A stretch of 64,000 bases of DNA from Octopus bimaculoides (GCF_001194135.2 NC_068985.1:19239238-19303237); one strand, 5' to 3'; positions 1 through 13,480 are shown, counted from the stretch's first letter. The notes: a model not told the origin generated them from the letters alone. Translations and numbers: made by a program.

Positions 1-124
1 GGCTTCTTTCAGTTTCTGTCTATTAAATCCACTCACAAGGCTTTGGTCGGCTCGAGGCTATAGTAGAATATACTTGCCCAAGGTGCCACGCAGTGGGACT
101 GAACTTGGAACCATGTGGTTGGTA
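1..124 (-). mobile_element. tRNA-derived SINE, family B (GGAGTGGCTGTGTGG head), partial copy cut by window edge
   Basis: Reverse complement matches the copy at 8976-9135 (AACCACATGGTTCC...GTTCAGTCCCACTGCGTGGCACCTTGGGCAAG...GAAAGAAGCC); B-box-like GTTCAGTCCC present. Confidence 0.85.
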
Positions 125-1702
125 ACACAATATGCAATTTATATAAGTTATTCCCTACGTACGTTTTGCCATTGTGGCGATTTGCATCCTGTGCGGTGGG
201 TGTTCATAACATTTGATCAGTGTAAACATAATCTAATAAAGTGTTCTACTGAAGAACTGTTGTGGAACAGCATCCAATTTCCTTATGAACACCCACTACA
301 GAGAATGCAAATAACCACAATGGAAAAAGTATAAACTACATATTATGTTTATCATATTTACATCATATNNNNNNNNNNNNNNNNNNNNNNNNNNNNNNNN
401 NNNNNNNNNNNNNNNNNNNNNNNNNNNNNNNNNNNNNNNNNNNNNNNNNNNNNNNNNNNNNNNNNNNNNNNNNNNNNNNNNNNNNNNNNNNNNNNNNNNN
501 NNNNNNNNNNNNNNNNNNNNNNNNNNNNNNNNNNNNNNNNNNNNNNNNNNNNNNNNNNNNNNNNNNNNNNNNNNNNNNNNNNNNNNNNNNNNNNNNNNNN
601 NNNNNNNNNNNNNNNNNNNNNNNNNNNNNNNNNNNNNNNNNNNNNNNNNNNNNNNNNNNNNNNNNNNNNNNNNNNNNNNNNNNNNNNNNNNNNNNNNNNN
701 NNNNNNNNNNNNNNNNNNNNNNNNNNNNNNNNNNNNNNNNNNNNNNNNNNNNNNNNNNNNNNNNNNNNNNNNNNNNNNNNNNNNNNNNNNNNNNNNNNNN
801 NNNNNNNNNNNNNATATATATATATACGTTTATATATATATATATGTGTGAATGTATATACATATACACATATATATATACATATATAAAATCGTTATCG
901 ATGACGCATGAGATTTACAACAACTAGAAAGCACTCGAACTTAACTTGGCGCCCTTGTTTCTGGAATATATTTCTAGAGAAATCAGTTAAGACAAAGAGA
1001 AAAATTCAAAACACAAACTAGCTGACATTCAACAAAGATTACGTCAGAATAACCCGATGGAGTCAACACTCTCTCTGTAGCTTAAGTTTCTGAAGAACCA
1101 GTAATACCAGAATCCCTGAAGAGCCTCTCATATCAAACTTCTTACTTTACATGTCATCCAATAAAGTAAACATCGTTGCTTAGATATAATCATTCTTTGC
1201 AATCTTTTTTTTTCTTCGTATATCTTAACATTCGTACTTCCCCTGATAATTTCTGTTACAAAAGTTAACTATTAAACGATCTAGTACAGTATACATACGT
1301 GAGTATCTATTTATCTTCCTAAATTACGAGTCACCTCACTCCTACAGTGCTGACGACGGTATTAAGTACTTTCAATGATTATCATGTATTCAATATCACT
1401 ATAAAGCTTACAGTAGAAAGTTTCTTCTTCAAAGAAGAGCCTGTACAAAACATTAGATTTTACCCTCTTCGTTGCACATAAGCTTATCCTATTTTTACGA
1501 ATGTCATTAGTTAAAGGTTTTTGCTAACTAGTAGACATTTGACACCTTCCAGCATTAAATGACCTGATTTGGGACGTCAATTCATGCATTTACACTCCAG
1601 CTTCGCACCGGTTCACTGTTTCTTATAGAGATAATTTACATTTATAGATATTGACATAGATAAGCTCTACATGATTGTAATTAGGTGCTGGTGATGCTGC
1701 TT

Positions 1703-1704
<2 letters not shown>

Positions 1705-1769
<65 letters not shown>

Positions 1770-1812
1770 TACATACACACACACATATACATACGTGCGC
1801 GCGCGCGCGCGC
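1705..1812. repeat. (CA)n microsatellite running into a (GC)8 tract
   Basis: Direct reading; alternating purine-pyrimidine tract. Confidence 0.95.
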
Positions 1813-2016
1813 CGGGTGAAATGCTTAGCGGTATTTCGTCTGCCGTTACGTTCTGAGTTCAAATTCCGCCGAGGTCGACTTTATCTTTCATCTTTTCGGG
1901 ATCGATAAATTAAGTACCAGTTACGCACTGAGGTCGATGCAATCGACTTAATCCCTTTGTCTATCCTTGTTTGTCCCCTCTATGTTTAGCCCCTTGTGGG
2001 CTATAAAGAAATAAGA
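1812..2016 (+). mobile_element. tRNA-derived SINE, family A, 5'-truncated, with alternative tail (CCTTGTTTGTCCCCTCTATGTTTAGCCCCTTGTGGG)
   Basis: GAAATGCTTAGCGGTATTTCGTC...GAGTTCAAATTCCGCCGAGGTCGACTTT...CATC...GATAAATTAAGTACCAG core is shared with more than 10 other copies in the window. Confidence 0.85.
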
Positions 2017-2513
2017 AATCACCCGATTTCGACTCGAAAAATTGATCCAACCAAGCTCTCAATTCTGCATCAGAACGAAACTCCGCGCATAGCATTTGAA
2101 AGAGATCGAAATATGCGGAAATCCATTGGTGCCAAATCAGGAGAGTACGGCGGGTGTGGTAACACTTCTCAGCCATGCATTTGAATGGCTTCCTTGGTCA
2201 TATTAGTGATATGAGGGCGGGCGTTGTCGTGCAGCAGAAGAACTCCATGCTGTCAATTAGGTCTTTTCGCTTGAATAACCATGTTGAGTCGTTCCATCTG
2301 TTGAACATAGAGTTCTGCGTTGACCATTTGGTTCCGTTCAAGCAATTCGTAATGGATAATCTCTTCCCAGTCCCACCATACGCATAACCTCGTTTTACGC
2401 GGATTAAGATCTTGTTTCACTCGCAGTGTCGCTTGTTTATCGGGGCTAAGTCATTCCTTACGCTGCTTCATATTGATGTACTGGCACCATTTTTCGTCGT
2501 CAGTAACGATTCG
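2017..2513 (-). pseudogene. Mariner transposase catalytic-domain remnant (DD34D)
   Basis: Manual translation gives RIVTDDEKW...LCVWWDWEEIIHYELL...LHDNARPH...HPPYSPDLAPMDF with 34 residues between the 2nd and 3rd D. Three in-frame TGA stops and one frameshift; the 5' part runs into a gap. Confidence 0.95.
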
Positions 2514-3228
2514 NNNNNNNNNNNNNNNNNNNNNNNNNNNNNNNNNNNNNNNNNNNNNNNNNNNNNNNNNNNNNNNNNNNNNNNNNNNNNNNNNNNNNNN
2601 NNNNNNNNNNNNNNNNNNNNNNNNNNNNNNNNNNNNNNNNNNNNNNNNNNNNNNNNNNNNNNNNNNNNNNNNNNNNNNNNNNNNNNNNNNNNNNNNNNNN
2701 NNNNNNNNNNNNNNNNNNNNNNNNNNNNNNNNNNNNNNNNNNNNNNNNNNNNNNNNNNNNNNNNNNNNNNNNNNNNNNNNNNNNNNNNNNNNNNNNNNNN
2801 NNNNNNNNNNNNNNNNNNNNNNNNNNNNNNNNNNNNNNNNNNNNNNNNNNNNNNNNNNNNNNNNNNNNNNNNNNNNNNNNNNNNNNNNNNNNNNNNNNNN
2901 NNNNNNNNNNNNNNNNNNNNNNNNNNNNNNNNNNNNNNNNNNNNNNNNNNNNNNNNNNNNNNNNNNNNNNNNNNNNNNNNNNNNNNNNNNNNNNNNNNNN
3001 NNNNNNNNNNNNNNNNNNNNNNNNNNNNNNNNNNNNNNNNNNNNNNNNNNNNNNNNNNNNNNNNNNNNNNNNNNNNNNNNNNNNNNNNNNNNNNNNNNNN
3101 NNNNNNNNNNNNNNNNNNNNNNNNNNNNNNNNNNNNNNNGTTTCGCACCTATAGAGTTCTTAGCGGTGTAGGTACGCAACCTCTCCCGATGGTCACTCTC
3201 TGACCGGCCATAATCATCAACCTATTAA

Positions 3229-3279
<51 letters not shown>

Positions 3280-4481
3280 CGCATGGCTCAGTGGTTAGAG
3301 CATTGGGATTACAATTGTAATTTCGATTCCCGGACAGTGATCTTTCGTCAATAAATAAATAAATAGAATAGAGTAGCACAGAAGAAGAAAAAACATAAGG
3401 AAAAGTTTTGTGACTGTTGTGTTTACGATAAAAGACGCAAAGAGAAATGAAATGAGTAAGGGAAGTGAGTAGAATGGAATGGCATTTTTACAGCGAAAAG
3501 AGTGTTTTCAGATAAGGAAAATAAGTAGGAGAGATTGGAGAAGAAAACAAGAATAAAAGAAAGAGCTTTTGTTAGCATTTTCCAGAAAGCAAAGGTCTCA
3601 TCTTTTCAGTTTTCGACAAGTTAAAACCAGTGGAATGAAGTAAAATGCCTTCCATGGAAAACAAGTTATAGTTCGCGACATGAAGAGTATCCGGCCGTAA
3701 AAGAAGTATCTCAACAAGAGTCGTCCAACCCATGTCAGCAGAGAAAATGGACGCAAAACCGATTGAACAAATGAACGAACATCATGTATGCACGTGTTAT
3801 AGAGCCAAGAGCTAAGGTAAGGGAATATGTTTTATATGTGTGCGAAGGTGAATGCGTATCTAGGGCAGTGTATATGAGCATGCATGCGTATAAATATGTG
3901 CTTTCTGCTACGGCAAAATGGAATGTATGTGATGGATGGGTAGTGTGTTTGTGTGTCTGTGTGTGTGTGGAGATGGGGAAGGTGACGTGAAAAGAAGGGT
4001 GTTTAATATTGTAGGATGATTAAGGATGCAGAATAACAAAGCGATTATTAATACTAGCTGAGTAGTGTGTCAACAGAAGATTGACTGTTGCTCGCTGTGT
4101 CAGCATGATATTGCTGGTTCATAGTGTAAAGAAAAAACAAAAAAAAAAAACAACTGCAGACAGATTAACGTATATAGATGTTTCTAGGAGAACTGAAGCC
4201 GAACTACAAGTCGGAGCGATCCAGTGCGGCTACGTCGGACGTCTAAAAGGTGTTCCCTAAAATGGTGTACAAATTTCAGATGGGGTTTTTTACCGAAAAA
4301 CAGCAAGTTCCAGAACCGGTATGTGGTACAGTAATCAATGCTATCGAGGGTACAGTTGAAAAAGCCAAGGGCTGTGTAGGTTGGAGATGTTTTAGACGAA
4401 GGAGCAGATGTTACAGCGGTAGGATACTAAATAAATATGCGACAATGCAATAGCACACACTCACACAGACACACACACACA

Positions 4482-4550
<69 letters not shown>

Positions 4551-4829
4551 NNNNNNNNNNNNNNNNNNNNNNNNNNNNNNNNNNNNNNNNNNNNNNNNNN
4601 NNNNNNNNNNNNNNNNNNNNNNNNNNNNNNNNNNNNNNNNNTATATATATATATATATATTGTGACATTGCTGTTTCACTTGTAGGTTTCTTTGTACTAC
4701 TTATGTAGCTAGGTCTTTCTATGAGTAACTGGGTTTGATGTATGATTAATAATGAAATATAAGAATTACGGTTGATATGAACGATTGACAATGGGTCTGT
4801 AGATAGGAATATATAAAAAGTTAAATGAG

Positions 4830-4896
4830 GAAGAAGAAGAAGAAGAAGAAGAAGAAGAAGAAGAAGAAGAAGAAGAAGAAGAAGAAGAAGAAGAAG

Positions 4897-4926
<30 letters not shown>
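4830..4926. repeat. (AAG)n microsatellite
   Basis: Direct reading. Confidence 0.98.
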
Positions 4927-4928
<2 letters not shown>

Positions 4929-4989
4929 GAGGGAGCACATTAAGGTTGCAAATAGGAGAGGAGGGTTATTAATTTGTGTATGTAAGAGT

Positions 4990-6250
4990 AGTGTCTAGAC
5001 CAGAAAATATTCCTACAGAGATGATTGTGATACTAGACAACTTTGGAATTGATAAAATTACAAACCCGTTCAATGACATGGACGAAACAGGAGATTCCAG
5101 AAGAAATGTCCAAATTAATCTTTGTTGCACTCCCCTTCCAAAACCTGGAGCAATAGAATGTGAGCTACACAGAGCTACCAGACGTATGAGTCATATTACA
5201 AAAATATAGTTGTGAGCCATAATACTCAGATCCAGAAATAGAATCAGGCTTGAGATATCAAAGTCATAACGTGAATTTGTTGAGGGGAAAAAGAACAGCT
5301 AATTCTGTGTACATTCTGAGATACACCATTGACAGAGCAATTAAAGTACAATAAGACCTGTACCAATGTTTCATTGATTATACAAAAAGCGTTTGAGACA
5401 GTAAACTTTGAAGAAATTAAAATGTTGAAAATATGAATTTACAGGGTGTCCAAAAAGTCTGGGTACATGGAGTAAAGAAAATCATAATATAAACAATTAA
5501 ATATAAGAATTAATAATTTATTAAAGTATGTGTTAATCCCCATGTAGGTACATGAAGTAAATAAAATCATGACATAAACAATTAAATATAAGAAATAATA
5601 ATTTCTTAAAGTATGTGTTAATCCCTTGTACCCAAACTTTGTGGACACCCTGTAGATGGAAAGAACTTACGAATAATAAAGAGTGTAGAATTGGCGAAGA
5701 AAGACAACAAAAAAAAAAACACAGCAGTAATCAGAAATAAAAATGAAGGGCAGTCTGAGAAAAATCAAGAAAGGAGTACAAAAGAGGTGTGCTTTATAAT
5801 GGTATACGGTGTAATCAAAGACACTGTCAGTAAGACTGAGAAAACGAATACTATTACTTATGCTTGTGGGACCTGAAATATTAAAGAAATACAAAAACTT
5901 TTCAACGCTGCAGAGATGATGTTTGTTAGAAAGAATACTAAAAGTATAATAGGCAGATAAAGTGACAAATATCGAGATCCTAAGACAAAAAAAAAAAAAA
6001 TCTGTTAGACAGCTTCTCATCAACACAAGGAGACAACAAACGCAATTCATTCAACAATATTTGAGAAGAAAAAAAAAAACCTTAAGTATTTGGTGAAAAC
6101 TATGAATCTGAAAGGAAGAAGCCAGAGGAAAGACAATCGATGGTTTTGCCAGCTTGCATCAGAAATACTTACTTGCCCAATAATGCGTTAAGTTGTGGGA
6201 AGGGAAGACATGAAGATCCATGGTCATCGGAGTCTGTAGGCATGACATAT
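4990..6250 (+). mobile_element. Degenerate RTE-clade LINE, internally deleted (RT N-terminal region plus 3' end)
   Basis: Frame-shifted translation GIDKITN..DE TGEIPEEMSK.IFVALP.KPGAIECELHR..MSHITKI...DLYQCFIDYTKAF, and later Y.CGTW...AAEMMF; these are RTE/BovB-type motifs. Confidence 0.8.
5442..5652. mobile_element. Tc1/mariner-type MITE inserted into the RTE LINE
   Basis: 26-bp TIRs CAGGGTGTCCAAAAAGTCTGGGTACA / TGTACCCAAACTTTGTGGACACCCTG (2 mismatches); TA on both sides (5440-41, 5653-54); RTE-like reading resumes after it (..NL | DGKNLRIIK). Confidence 0.9.
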
Positions 6251-6394
6251 AAAAAGACAATTATGATAGAGAATTGAGAATTATGACAGTAGTTGATCAG
6301 GACCAATAAATATGGAAGTCATTTAGAAATGTGTTAGATAGACAATTCTAAAAAAATAGTAGAAGTCAGTCTGGCATGACAAAGAATTATCTTG

Positions 6395-6585
6395 AATGGA
6401 AGGGGAAGGTGAATGCGGCATTTCTTCCGATTTTACGTTCTGTGTTCAAATGTCATCGGGGTCGACTTTGCCTTTCATCCTTTCTGGGTCGATAGAATAA
6501 GTACCGGTTGAGCTATGTGGTTGATCTAATCAACTTACAGCCTTCCCCAAATTGTTGGCTTTGTACCAAAATTTACACCAATATT
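6395..6585 (+). mobile_element. SINE family A, diverged copy
   Basis: GGTCGACTTTGCCTTTCATCCTTTCTGGGTCGATAGAATAAGTACC core and TTGTACCAAAATTTACACCAATAT tail. Confidence 0.75.
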
Positions 6586-7233
6586 TGAAGTTATGAGAAG
6601 CTCTCTATATATGAAAGAGAACGTGCCTCTTTTCCAAAGTGCACGCGCTAAAACTCTCCATCATTTAGTAACACCCAACAACTTTTTGTCCATTGAATCA
6701 TATTGTGTACAAGCATACATTCGCAGAAATGCACAGACATACCCATCATGCAACTATATATCGATATATTTATGTATACAACAAAATAAAAGTATAAACA
6801 AGCAAGTAACTGGCATCAAGTCAGATTACAACATTTATATATTCAAACGTTGAGGGTGGAATTGAATGTTATAGTAATCTAGATCACAAGAGATCGATAT
6901 GAGATCAGTTGAGGAATGTTCATGGTGGTTATGGAATACACTAGTATTCTCCCGGAACAGATACGCGATAAGTCCGAAATATTCGCATTAGCTAAAGTTG
7001 GTCATCATAGAGACAATCCAAAGCTAGAAGAGGAGAAAGGAAGAAAAAAAATGCGCACATAATCTCTTACAGTTGCTATAAGGATAGATGGCGTATTTCC
7101 TTGCATGATAATGCACAGATGGTGCATTTCCCTGCAAATGATCGGCGACCATCATAAGGGTTGTGATGTATTCCATCGTCTAAGAAAATATGCAAGCAAA
7201 TATATATATATATATATATATACATATATATAT

Positions 7234-7276
<43 letters not shown>

Positions 7277-8195
7277 CATACATACATATATATATATATA
7301 TGCACAAACATTTATATACACACACACACACNNNNNNNNNNNNNNNNNNNNNNNNNNNNNNNNNNNNNNNNNNNNNNNNNNNNNNNNNNNNNNNNNNNNN
7401 NNNNNNNNNNNNNNNNNNNNNNNNNNNNNNNNNNNNNNNNNNNNNNNNNNNNNNNNNNNNNNNNNNNNNNNNNNNNNNNNNNNNNNNNNNNNNNNNNNNN
7501 NNNNNNNNNNNNNNNNNNNNNNNNNNNNNNNNNNNNNNNNNNNNNNNNNNNNNNNNNNNNNNNNNNNNNNNNNNNNNNNNNNNNNNNNNNNNNNNNNNNN
7601 NNNNNNNNNNNNNNNNNNNNNNNNNNNNNNNNNNNNNNNNNNNNNNNNNNNNNNNNNNNNNNNNNNNNNNNNNNNNNNNNNNNNNNNNNNNNNNNNNNNN
7701 NNNNNNNNNNNNNNNNNNNNNNNNNNNNNNNNNNNNNNNNNNNNNNNNNNNNNNNNNNNNNNNNNNNNNNNNNNNNNNNNNNNNNNNNNNNNNNNNNNNN
7801 NNNNNNNNNNNNNNNNNNNNNNNNNNNNNNNNNNNNNNNNNNNNNNNNNNNNNNNNNNNNNNNNNNNNNNNNNNNNNNNNNNNNNNNNNNNNNNNNNNNN
7901 NNNNNNNNNNNNNNNNNNNNNNNNNNNNNNNNNNNNNNNNNNNNNNNNNNNNNNNNNNNNNNNNNNNNNNNNNNNNNNNNNNNNNNNNNNNNNNNNNNNN
8001 NNNNNNNNNNNNNNNNNNNNNNNNNNNNNNNNNNNNNNNNNNNNNNNNNNNNNNNNNNNNNNNNNNNNNNNNNNNNNNNNNNNNNNNNNNNNNNNNNNNN
8101 NNNNNNNNNNNNNNNNNNNNNNNNNNNNNNNNNNNNNNNNNNNNNNNNNNNNNNNNNNNNNNNNNNNNNNNNNNNNNNNNNNNNNNNNNNNNNNN

Positions 8196-8235
<40 letters not shown>

Positions 8236-8975
8236 GCATACGCACATACATCTATATATACATGTATGTATACCTCTGTGTGTGTGAGAGAGAGTATGTA
8301 TGTGTATGTATAAACATACGTGTGTGTCTGTGTGTGTTATTACAGCTGGAACATCTCCCTTTCACCGGCTGCCATGACGACGAAGTCATACATCCGTATA
8401 ACAAGACCAAGATTTTCCTTCCACCTGCTTGACACACCAACTCTAATAATTAGAACGAAGGGCGCGGAAAGATGATAATTATAGGTCTAATAATGGATTT
8501 TATGACTATCTTACGAAAAAGAGAGGAACAAGGTAAATATTTTATGTAAAATCGCATGTCCTATAAAAGTGTTGGCAAGTTAGCATTCATCAACAGCAGT
8601 AATTCAATACATAGAGATATCTTAGCAGATAATTTATCTCAGTGGACGAGGAAGTTTAAATTTCGGTTCTTAAATTCCAACAAATAAATGACCCAAATCG
8701 CACTTTCACATATGTTCAGGATCACTTTAATCTCGAACAGATAAATATATTGACGAAACTTTCCTTGATTCGAATTCATTGGAAGGAGAGTTTTTTTTTT
8801 TTTTTTAAGTGAAAGGGAAAAAAAGTTTAAAAGAGTATTTCGAATAAATACATACGTGATTAATAATATATAGGAGGAAATAAATGAAGAAACGTGTGAA
8901 ATGTTAGTAGTAACGTTAACAAAATACATAAATGCTGTTCTGTAGAGCTAAAGGAATTCACATTTACTTTTTTAA

Positions 8976-9135
8976 GGAGTGGCTGTGTGGTAAGTAGCTT
9001 GCTTACGAACCACATGGTTCCGGGTTCAGTCCCACTGCGTGGCACCTTGGGCAAGTGTCTTCTACTAATAGCCTCAGGTCGACCAAAGCCTTATGAGTGG
9101 ATTTGGTAGACGGAAACTGAAAGAAGTCCGTCGTA
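8976..9135 (+). mobile_element. SINE family B, 5' half, ending in (TA)n
   Basis: A-box-like TGGCTGTGTGGT and B-box-like GGTTCAGTCCC; matches other copies in the window. Confidence 0.88.
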
Positions 9136-9166
9136 TATATGTATATGTATATATATATATACATAT

Positions 9167-9252
9167 ATATATAGTTTTAGGGAAAATAACCAATTTTCAA
9201 GAACTCATCGATGAAAATCCACTAATTGGTTATTTTCCCTAAAACTATATAT
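9167..9252. repeat. Perfect 29-bp inverted repeat with 28-nt spacer
   Basis: 9167-9195 (ATATATAGTTTTAGGGAAAATAACCAATT) is the exact reverse complement of 9224-9252. Confidence 0.95.
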
Positions 9253-10539
9253 TTTATATATACTTTATCTATAAGGCTCAATTTAATTTTAATTTTTTAT
9301 AAATTGATTTTAATTGAGTTTTTTNNNNNNNNNNNNNNNNNNNNNNNNNNNNNNNNNNNNNNNNNNNNNNNNNNNNNNNNNNNNNNNNNNNNNNNNNNNN
9401 NNNNNNNNNNNNNNNNNNNNNNNNNNNNNNNNNNNNNNNNNNNNNNNNNNNNNNNNNNNNNNNNNNNNNNNNNNNNNNNNNNNNNNNNNNNNNNNNNNNN
9501 NNNNNNNNNNNNNNNNNNNNNNNNNNNNNNNNNNNNNNNNNNNNNNNNNNNNNNNNNNNNNNNNNNNNNNNNNNNNNNNNNNNNNNNNNNNNNNNNNNNN
9601 NNNNNNNNNNNNNNNNNNNNNNNNNNNNNNNNNNNNNNNNNNNNNNNNNNNNNNNNNNNNNNNNNNNNNNNNNNNNNNNNNNNNNNNNNNNNNNNNNNNN
9701 NNNNNNNNNNNNNNNNNNNNNNNNNNNNNNNNNNNNNNNNNNNNNNNNNNNNNNNNNNNNNNNNNNNNNNNNNNNNNNNNNNNNNNNNNNNNNNNNNNNN
9801 NNNNNNNNNNNNNNNNNNNNNNNNNNNNNNNNNNNNNNNNNNNNNNNNNNNNNNNNNNNNNNNNNNNNNNNNNNNNNNNNNNNNNNNNNNNNNNNNNNNN
9901 NNNNNNNNNNNNNNNNNNNNNNNNNNNNNNNNNNNNNNNNNNNNNNNNNNNNNNNNNNNNNNNNNNNNNNNNNNNNNNNNNNNNNNNNNNNNNNNCTATT
10001 ATTTATAGCTTTATCTACTTCGAGTTTCACCGTTAAAAACAATTTATTTCATTTACTTATTTATTCAAAAATTTATCTCAAAAAACAATATTCTATCTAT
10101 CTATCTATCTATCTGTCTGTCTGTCTGTCTGTCTGTCTGCCTGTCTGTCTGTCTGTCTGTCTGCCTGCCTGCCTGTCTGTCTGTCTGTCTGCCTGTCTGT
10201 CTGTCTGTATGTATATCACCATAATCGTCATCATGATCATTTGGTCGAGGTTGCTCGGACATTTTTAACCTGCGGAAATCGTCCATCTTGGTACTGCATT
10301 AGCTGAAGGAGGTCTTCGAGGAGGCATCCAATGTTTCTGGTGAGTTGATTTATATAAATTGTGTTCGGACGACTTGTTCGAGTACAACCATTCTTTGGCA
10401 TCCATAGCAGTGGATCACTTACATACAGAACTCAAATGACTGTAAATGAATTAGAGGGTGCTAAGTACCCCAAAATTCCAAGTTTAGTTTGGTTGAAACG
10501 TTTACAGTTATATTTTGCAGCATTCACTCTTTTGCTGGC

Positions 10540-10918
10540 TTCAATCATTGGACTGCGGTTACGCTGAGACACCAAATTGAAGGGTTTTAGTCAATTACAT
10601 CACCCTTAGCACTTACATTTTAAAGTCTGGTACTTATTCTATCGGTCTATTTTTGCCGAATCACTAACTTAGGGGGACAAAACAAACCAACACCGGTTAT
10701 CAAGTAATGAAACAAACGTAAGCATACACGCAAATATACATCGCACACGCACCTGCGCGCTACGGGCTTCTGCACAGTTTCTATCTACTAAATTCACTTG
10801 TAATACATTATTCGTTCTCTGGTTTTTAATAGTAGATACTTGCCCTAAATGTCGCGCAATGAGGTTGATCCCGAAACCAAGTATTTGTGAACTAAACTTG
10901 TTAGCCACACAGCCATGT
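10540..10918 (-). mobile_element. SINE family B, near full length, diverged
   Basis: Ends with AGCCACACAGCC (reverse head); contains GTACTTATTCTATCGGTC and GGGCTTCT...CAGTTTC modules. Confidence 0.7.
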
Positions 10919-12339
10919 CTGTGTCTGCATTTAGACTTTATATTTAGAATTTCAGTTTATATTTTTCCCGTTTACTAAGTATAGTTGATTTATTTTCCTG
11001 ACACACCTAGCTACATCCCGCAGTACACCGAAACGCCAGGGGCGCACCGTTTGACCAGCAGCGTTTTAAAATCACACAATATAGAGAGACATTCATACTA
11101 AGAGTTATTACAAGAGACATAAAAAAATGCTGTATTAATCATATACGAATGGCTGCAAACAAAAAAGAAAAAAAAAAGAAAAATACCACATGCAGATTAA
11201 GATTGTCGTAAACAAAGTGTCAGTGGTTGACTCACAGATGAGACGCATAACTTTCTTTTGGATGTTGCCCAACGCTCGAAAGCAATGGTGCCAAACTAAA
11301 TAAACTGTCTTCACGGTTACTTTGTTTGATTCGCGCACTGTACATCAGTGTCTTCTCCAGTTACTGTAATAGCATATCACTCAATGTAAAACAGCTCCTG
11401 TTGAGATTAAAGTCTTGCAAGTTCGTGTATATCTAAAAGTGTTAGAGATTATTCCCGAAGTGAAATGATAAAAGGAAAATAAATATTCTAAGCAAAAAGA
11501 AAGTAATATGATTTTCAATAATTAGCAGCATTCTGAAATTTTCGTCAAAGTTCAAAGATAATTGCCTAATAGGTTCCAGCAACAAACAGTTAGTAAACAT
11601 TTGGATATATCACATCACAGTAGCTACGAACGGGTAGATTGATGTAAATAAATAAATCCACAGAATTTGATATATCAAACTAATATATTGTACGCACACA
11701 CATGCACACGTAACTATGATACACGTGTATAGGAATCTATCAACGTCATCGCAGATTCACATATTTGACTACAAATGTTTGCCGTAATATGTATATAGAT
11801 ATGTACAAATACCACTACGCGTTTTAATATAACAATGGTTGGCAAAATGTTACATATTTGCTTGCAAACGATCAGTTAATAAGTGCAAACAAGAATATTT
11901 GCTTTATTTACAAACATGAAAAGATTAAAAAGAAACACACCTTTGAGTAATTGTTTTATTCCCTTCATTCCATTCTGCGATCACATAGACCAGATGCATG
12001 TTTCAGATCATTTCTGTTATTTCTTATTCCAGTTTGCCCGGTGTTGTAACTACCAGCTGTATATTGCTTATGTCAGATTAGATCCGTGGGGAGTGAGGAA
12101 CCTCGCTTGAGGGTCAAATTTCGACTGTACTCCAATTTGAAACCGCTCACTAAAAAAAAAAAAAAAAAAATTCAGTATGAAAAATAAATAAAATAAAATC
12201 ATTTTCGGTGGTAAGGAATTCAATGCCCCCTCATACATGCGCACATACTCGAAATCACACCCGACAAAATTTGAAAACCTGAAAGCTTAATTTTACCCAG
12301 TAGTCATAGGCACCATTCGAAAACGACTATGACCTAGCA

Positions 12340-12577
12340 CAGTGGTTCTCAACTATTTTTTGCTTATGGACTCTTTTGATTCCAATTTTACTCAGATGGA
12401 CTCTCATAGTCATTTGATGCTAAAAATTCCCATTATATTTTTATAATTAAATATTATTAGGTATTGTATAAAAAAAAATTGTTAAAATATTTTGTGTATT
12501 GTAAAAGTTATAACCAGTTAATTGCACCTAAATTTTAACCACAATATCTTATGCGGAGCCCAGTTGAAAACAAATAG
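12340..12577. mobile_element. Possible hAT-type MITE remnant
   Basis: CAGTGGTTCTCAAC at the left end and partial inverse GTTGAAAAC at the right end; no TSD confirmed. Confidence 0.35.
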
Positions 12578-12719
12578 CTAATGCCACGTTTTGTTTAATT
12601 GTTTTAGGCATTCTATGTAGTTGTGAGCAGACGTAAAATATTGTCTTTCTTCTCACCATTGAGCTAGTGGAACATCGAAGATGTGACAGCTGGGGAGAGA
12701 GAGAGAGAGAGAGATAGAG

Positions 12720-12890
12720 AGAGATGCATTAGTAGATCGGTTGGTATCCATTTTTCAGCTGTGCAAACTGGGGCAAGGTGAAATGAAGTACCTGCGCTGC
12801 CCAATCCAGAAATCAAAGCGACCACCTTACGATCACGAGCCCAAAATCCTAACCACAAGTTCACGTGCCTTCTGTACATTTTATCCACCC
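12720..12890 (-). mobile_element. Third tRNA-type SINE (CORE-like body), diverged; related piece at 42318-42432 and head at 3276-3345
   Basis: CCATTTTTCAGCTG...GCAAGGTGAAATGAAGT...GAAATCAAAGCGACCACCTTACGATCACGAG...CCTAACCAC; the same 3' part occurs at 42350-42425. Confidence 0.5.
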
Positions 12891-13104
12891 ACAATAACGT
12901 AAAATTTAAGGAAAATAACTCAGAACCAATCCAGTACCGGGGTTGATGATTTCGACTAACCGCTCCCTTTAAAAATTGCTAGCCCTTTCCCCTTATTAAA
13001 ATCCACAATTAACGTCGTAGTTATTAATTTATTTTACTTAAAGTTCACGCACTCATCCCAAACCTGTCTGTAACTTTAATGTAGTTTTGAAATTTAAAAG
13101 TTTT

Positions 13105-13480
13105 ACGTTTGAGTGGTTACGAAGCTCCCTATGTAACATCGAGTTTCGGATTCAGCTCCACACTGCGCAGCACTTTGGGCAATTGTCTTCTACTATAGCC
13201 GCGTACAGACCAATGTCTTGTGAATGAATCTGAAGATGGAAACTGTGTGGAAGACCGTCCTATATGTGTAGTGTGTATGTGTGCGTCCCCTCCCAACTGC
13301 ATGACAACGGGTGTTATTTTATTTACGTTCCCGCAAAGTAGCGGTTCGTAAAAAAAAGATCAATAGTCCAAGTACCAGAGATTAAAATAAATATTGTGGG
13401 TTGATCTGCTCGACTAAAATCCTTCGAGGCGGAGTCTCCGTATAGCTGCAGTCTAATGACTGAAACAAGTAGAAGATAGA
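13105..13480 (+). mobile_element. SINE family B, full length, diverged
   Basis: TTCGGATTCAGCTCCAC...TTGGGCAATTGTCTTCTACTATAGCC...GCGGTTCG...AAGTACCAG...CTCGACTAAAA...GACTGAAACAAG. Confidence 0.75.

Noticed and set aside
8976-9050. tRNA-like A/B boxes in SINE heads
   Set aside because: No complete cloverleaf; these are SINEs, not tRNA genes.
11135-11338. 67-aa ORF with a GTGAGT donor-like site on the minus strand
   Set aside because: No recognisable protein motif.
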